Shown here: positions 40,143-40,529 of the stretch, piece by piece
Layout: each line of letters starts with the position of its first letter
Numbering within the stretch: position 1 is the stretch's first letter
Origin: a virus
Length of the DNA stretch: 40,529 nt
Reading direction: 5' to 3' (one strand)
Virus record (IMG/VR): IMGVR_UViG_3300025523_000001
Notes under the pieces: model-generated
What the model was told of the DNA's origin: nothing
Seen by the model: the letters and a program-made list of their open reading frames with translations, nothing else
The model's database searches: none
Position numbers and translations under genes: made by a program

Positions 40143-40165
40143 AAAGCCATATGCCTATTTCGCTT

Positions 40166-40529
40166 CTATTCAGTTTTCCAAGTTTCCGCTGTTTCTTTCA
40201 TCTCCGTCATGGCCTGTTTTTCCGTGGCATGCCAGCTTATTCCACTTTCTCCGTCCGGGATGTTGTACCCCGGCACTTCGTCCGCATACGGATATTCCGG
40301 CCCCCAAGCGAAAAAGTATTTTCCATTTTCGGCTTTCCCGACGGTATACGCTTCGTCGTCATTTGGGAAATTATCACGTATTTCAATGATTTCTTTAACT
40401 TTCACTTTCAACTCCTCCTCTTTTTCCTCTACATATTTCCTCATCAATTGTCGGATGACTTCACTCTTGTTTTGCATCAGTGCTTCATTTACGCGGTCGA
40501 ACCGATCAAGAAGGTCCTGATCAATCCTG
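40166..40529 (-). CDS. Same RHH gene: C-terminal ~78-aa domain of unknown function (40166..40402) plus the duplicated N-terminal codons inside the terminal repeat
   Basis: The ORF track gives 40166..40477, and the frame stays open to the window end. It joins base 1 in frame for a total of ~127 aa. I do not recognise the C-terminal sequence IRDNFPNDDEAYTVGKAENGKYFFAWGPEYPYADEVPGYNIPDGESGISWH. Confidence 0.7.
   Translation of the reverse strand, partial: RIDQDLLDRFDRVNEALMQNKSEVIRQLMRKYVEEKEEELKVKVKEIIEIRDNFPNDDEAYTVGKAENGKYFFAWGPEYPYADEVPGYNIPDGESGISWHATEKQAMTEMKETAETWKTE
40403..40529. repeat. Terminal direct repeat, copy 2 (identical to 1..127)
   Basis: Exact 127-bp duplicate of the window start. 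It duplicates part of the RHH gene. Confidence 0.97.

Noticed and set aside
39879-40520. 213-aa plus-strand ORF from the track
   Set aside because: It is antisense to the well-supported RHH gene and starts at TTG with no SD. It runs through the lysin terminator tail, the tRNA-like fragment and the palindrome, and its sequence is low-complexity Ser/Phe/Leu-rich. It is most likely a shadow ORF.
1-40529. CRISPR arrays, rRNA genes, transposases/IS elements, arbitrium-type (AimR/AimP) signalling
   Set aside because: I saw no regularly spaced direct repeats with unique spacers. I saw no rRNA-like sequence, no DDE or serine transposase motifs, and no ~380-aa TPR receptor with an adjacent peptide gene.

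Overview
The window is a complete, circularly closed genome of a temperate siphovirus. Bases 1-127 are identical to 40403-40529, so the unique length is 40,402 bp. Strong GGAGG ribosome-binding sites (SD), sigma-A type promoters and XhlA, ArpU, DUF4352 and LysM content point to a Bacillaceae-type Firmicute host. Gene order: (i) a reverse-strand accessory island (1-2155, wrapping to 39891-40402); (ii) a candidate attP and a tyrosine integrase; (iii) a CI-like S24 repressor and Cro-like switch with four 17-bp operators; (iv) an early operon with antirepressor, Xis-like protein, Gam-like protein, putative annealing protein, HNH fusion, DnaD-like organizer with an internal iteron origin, DnaB-like helicase, HNH, SSB, DUF1064, many small ORFs, dimeric dUTPase and an ArpU-type late regulator; (v) an HK97-type late operon with HNH, P27 TerS, TerL, portal, ClpP-like protease, capsid, connectors, major tail protein, G/GT chaperone with an A_AAA_AAG -1 frameshift, tape measure with a transglycosylase domain, enlarged Dit, Tal, and a 1313-aa fiber with an S74 chaperone domain; (vi) a lysis cassette of XhlA-like protein, holin and a signal-peptide GH25 + 2xLysM endolysin. 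The most unusual part is the accessory island. It holds a near-consensus promoter driving two proteins I cannot assign, an RHH fusion protein that spans the circular junction, and two promoter-to-terminator units with no ORF (candidate sRNAs). One candidate sRNA is antisense to the operon spacer. The other carries a C-rich loop complementary to the SD of the adjacent DUF4352 gene. A third promoter/structured-RNA/terminator unit sits unexpectedly between the Dit and Tal tail genes. No CRISPR array, rRNA, complete tRNA, transposase or reverse transcriptase was seen. All functional calls come from motif recognition by eye. No database search or folding program was run.
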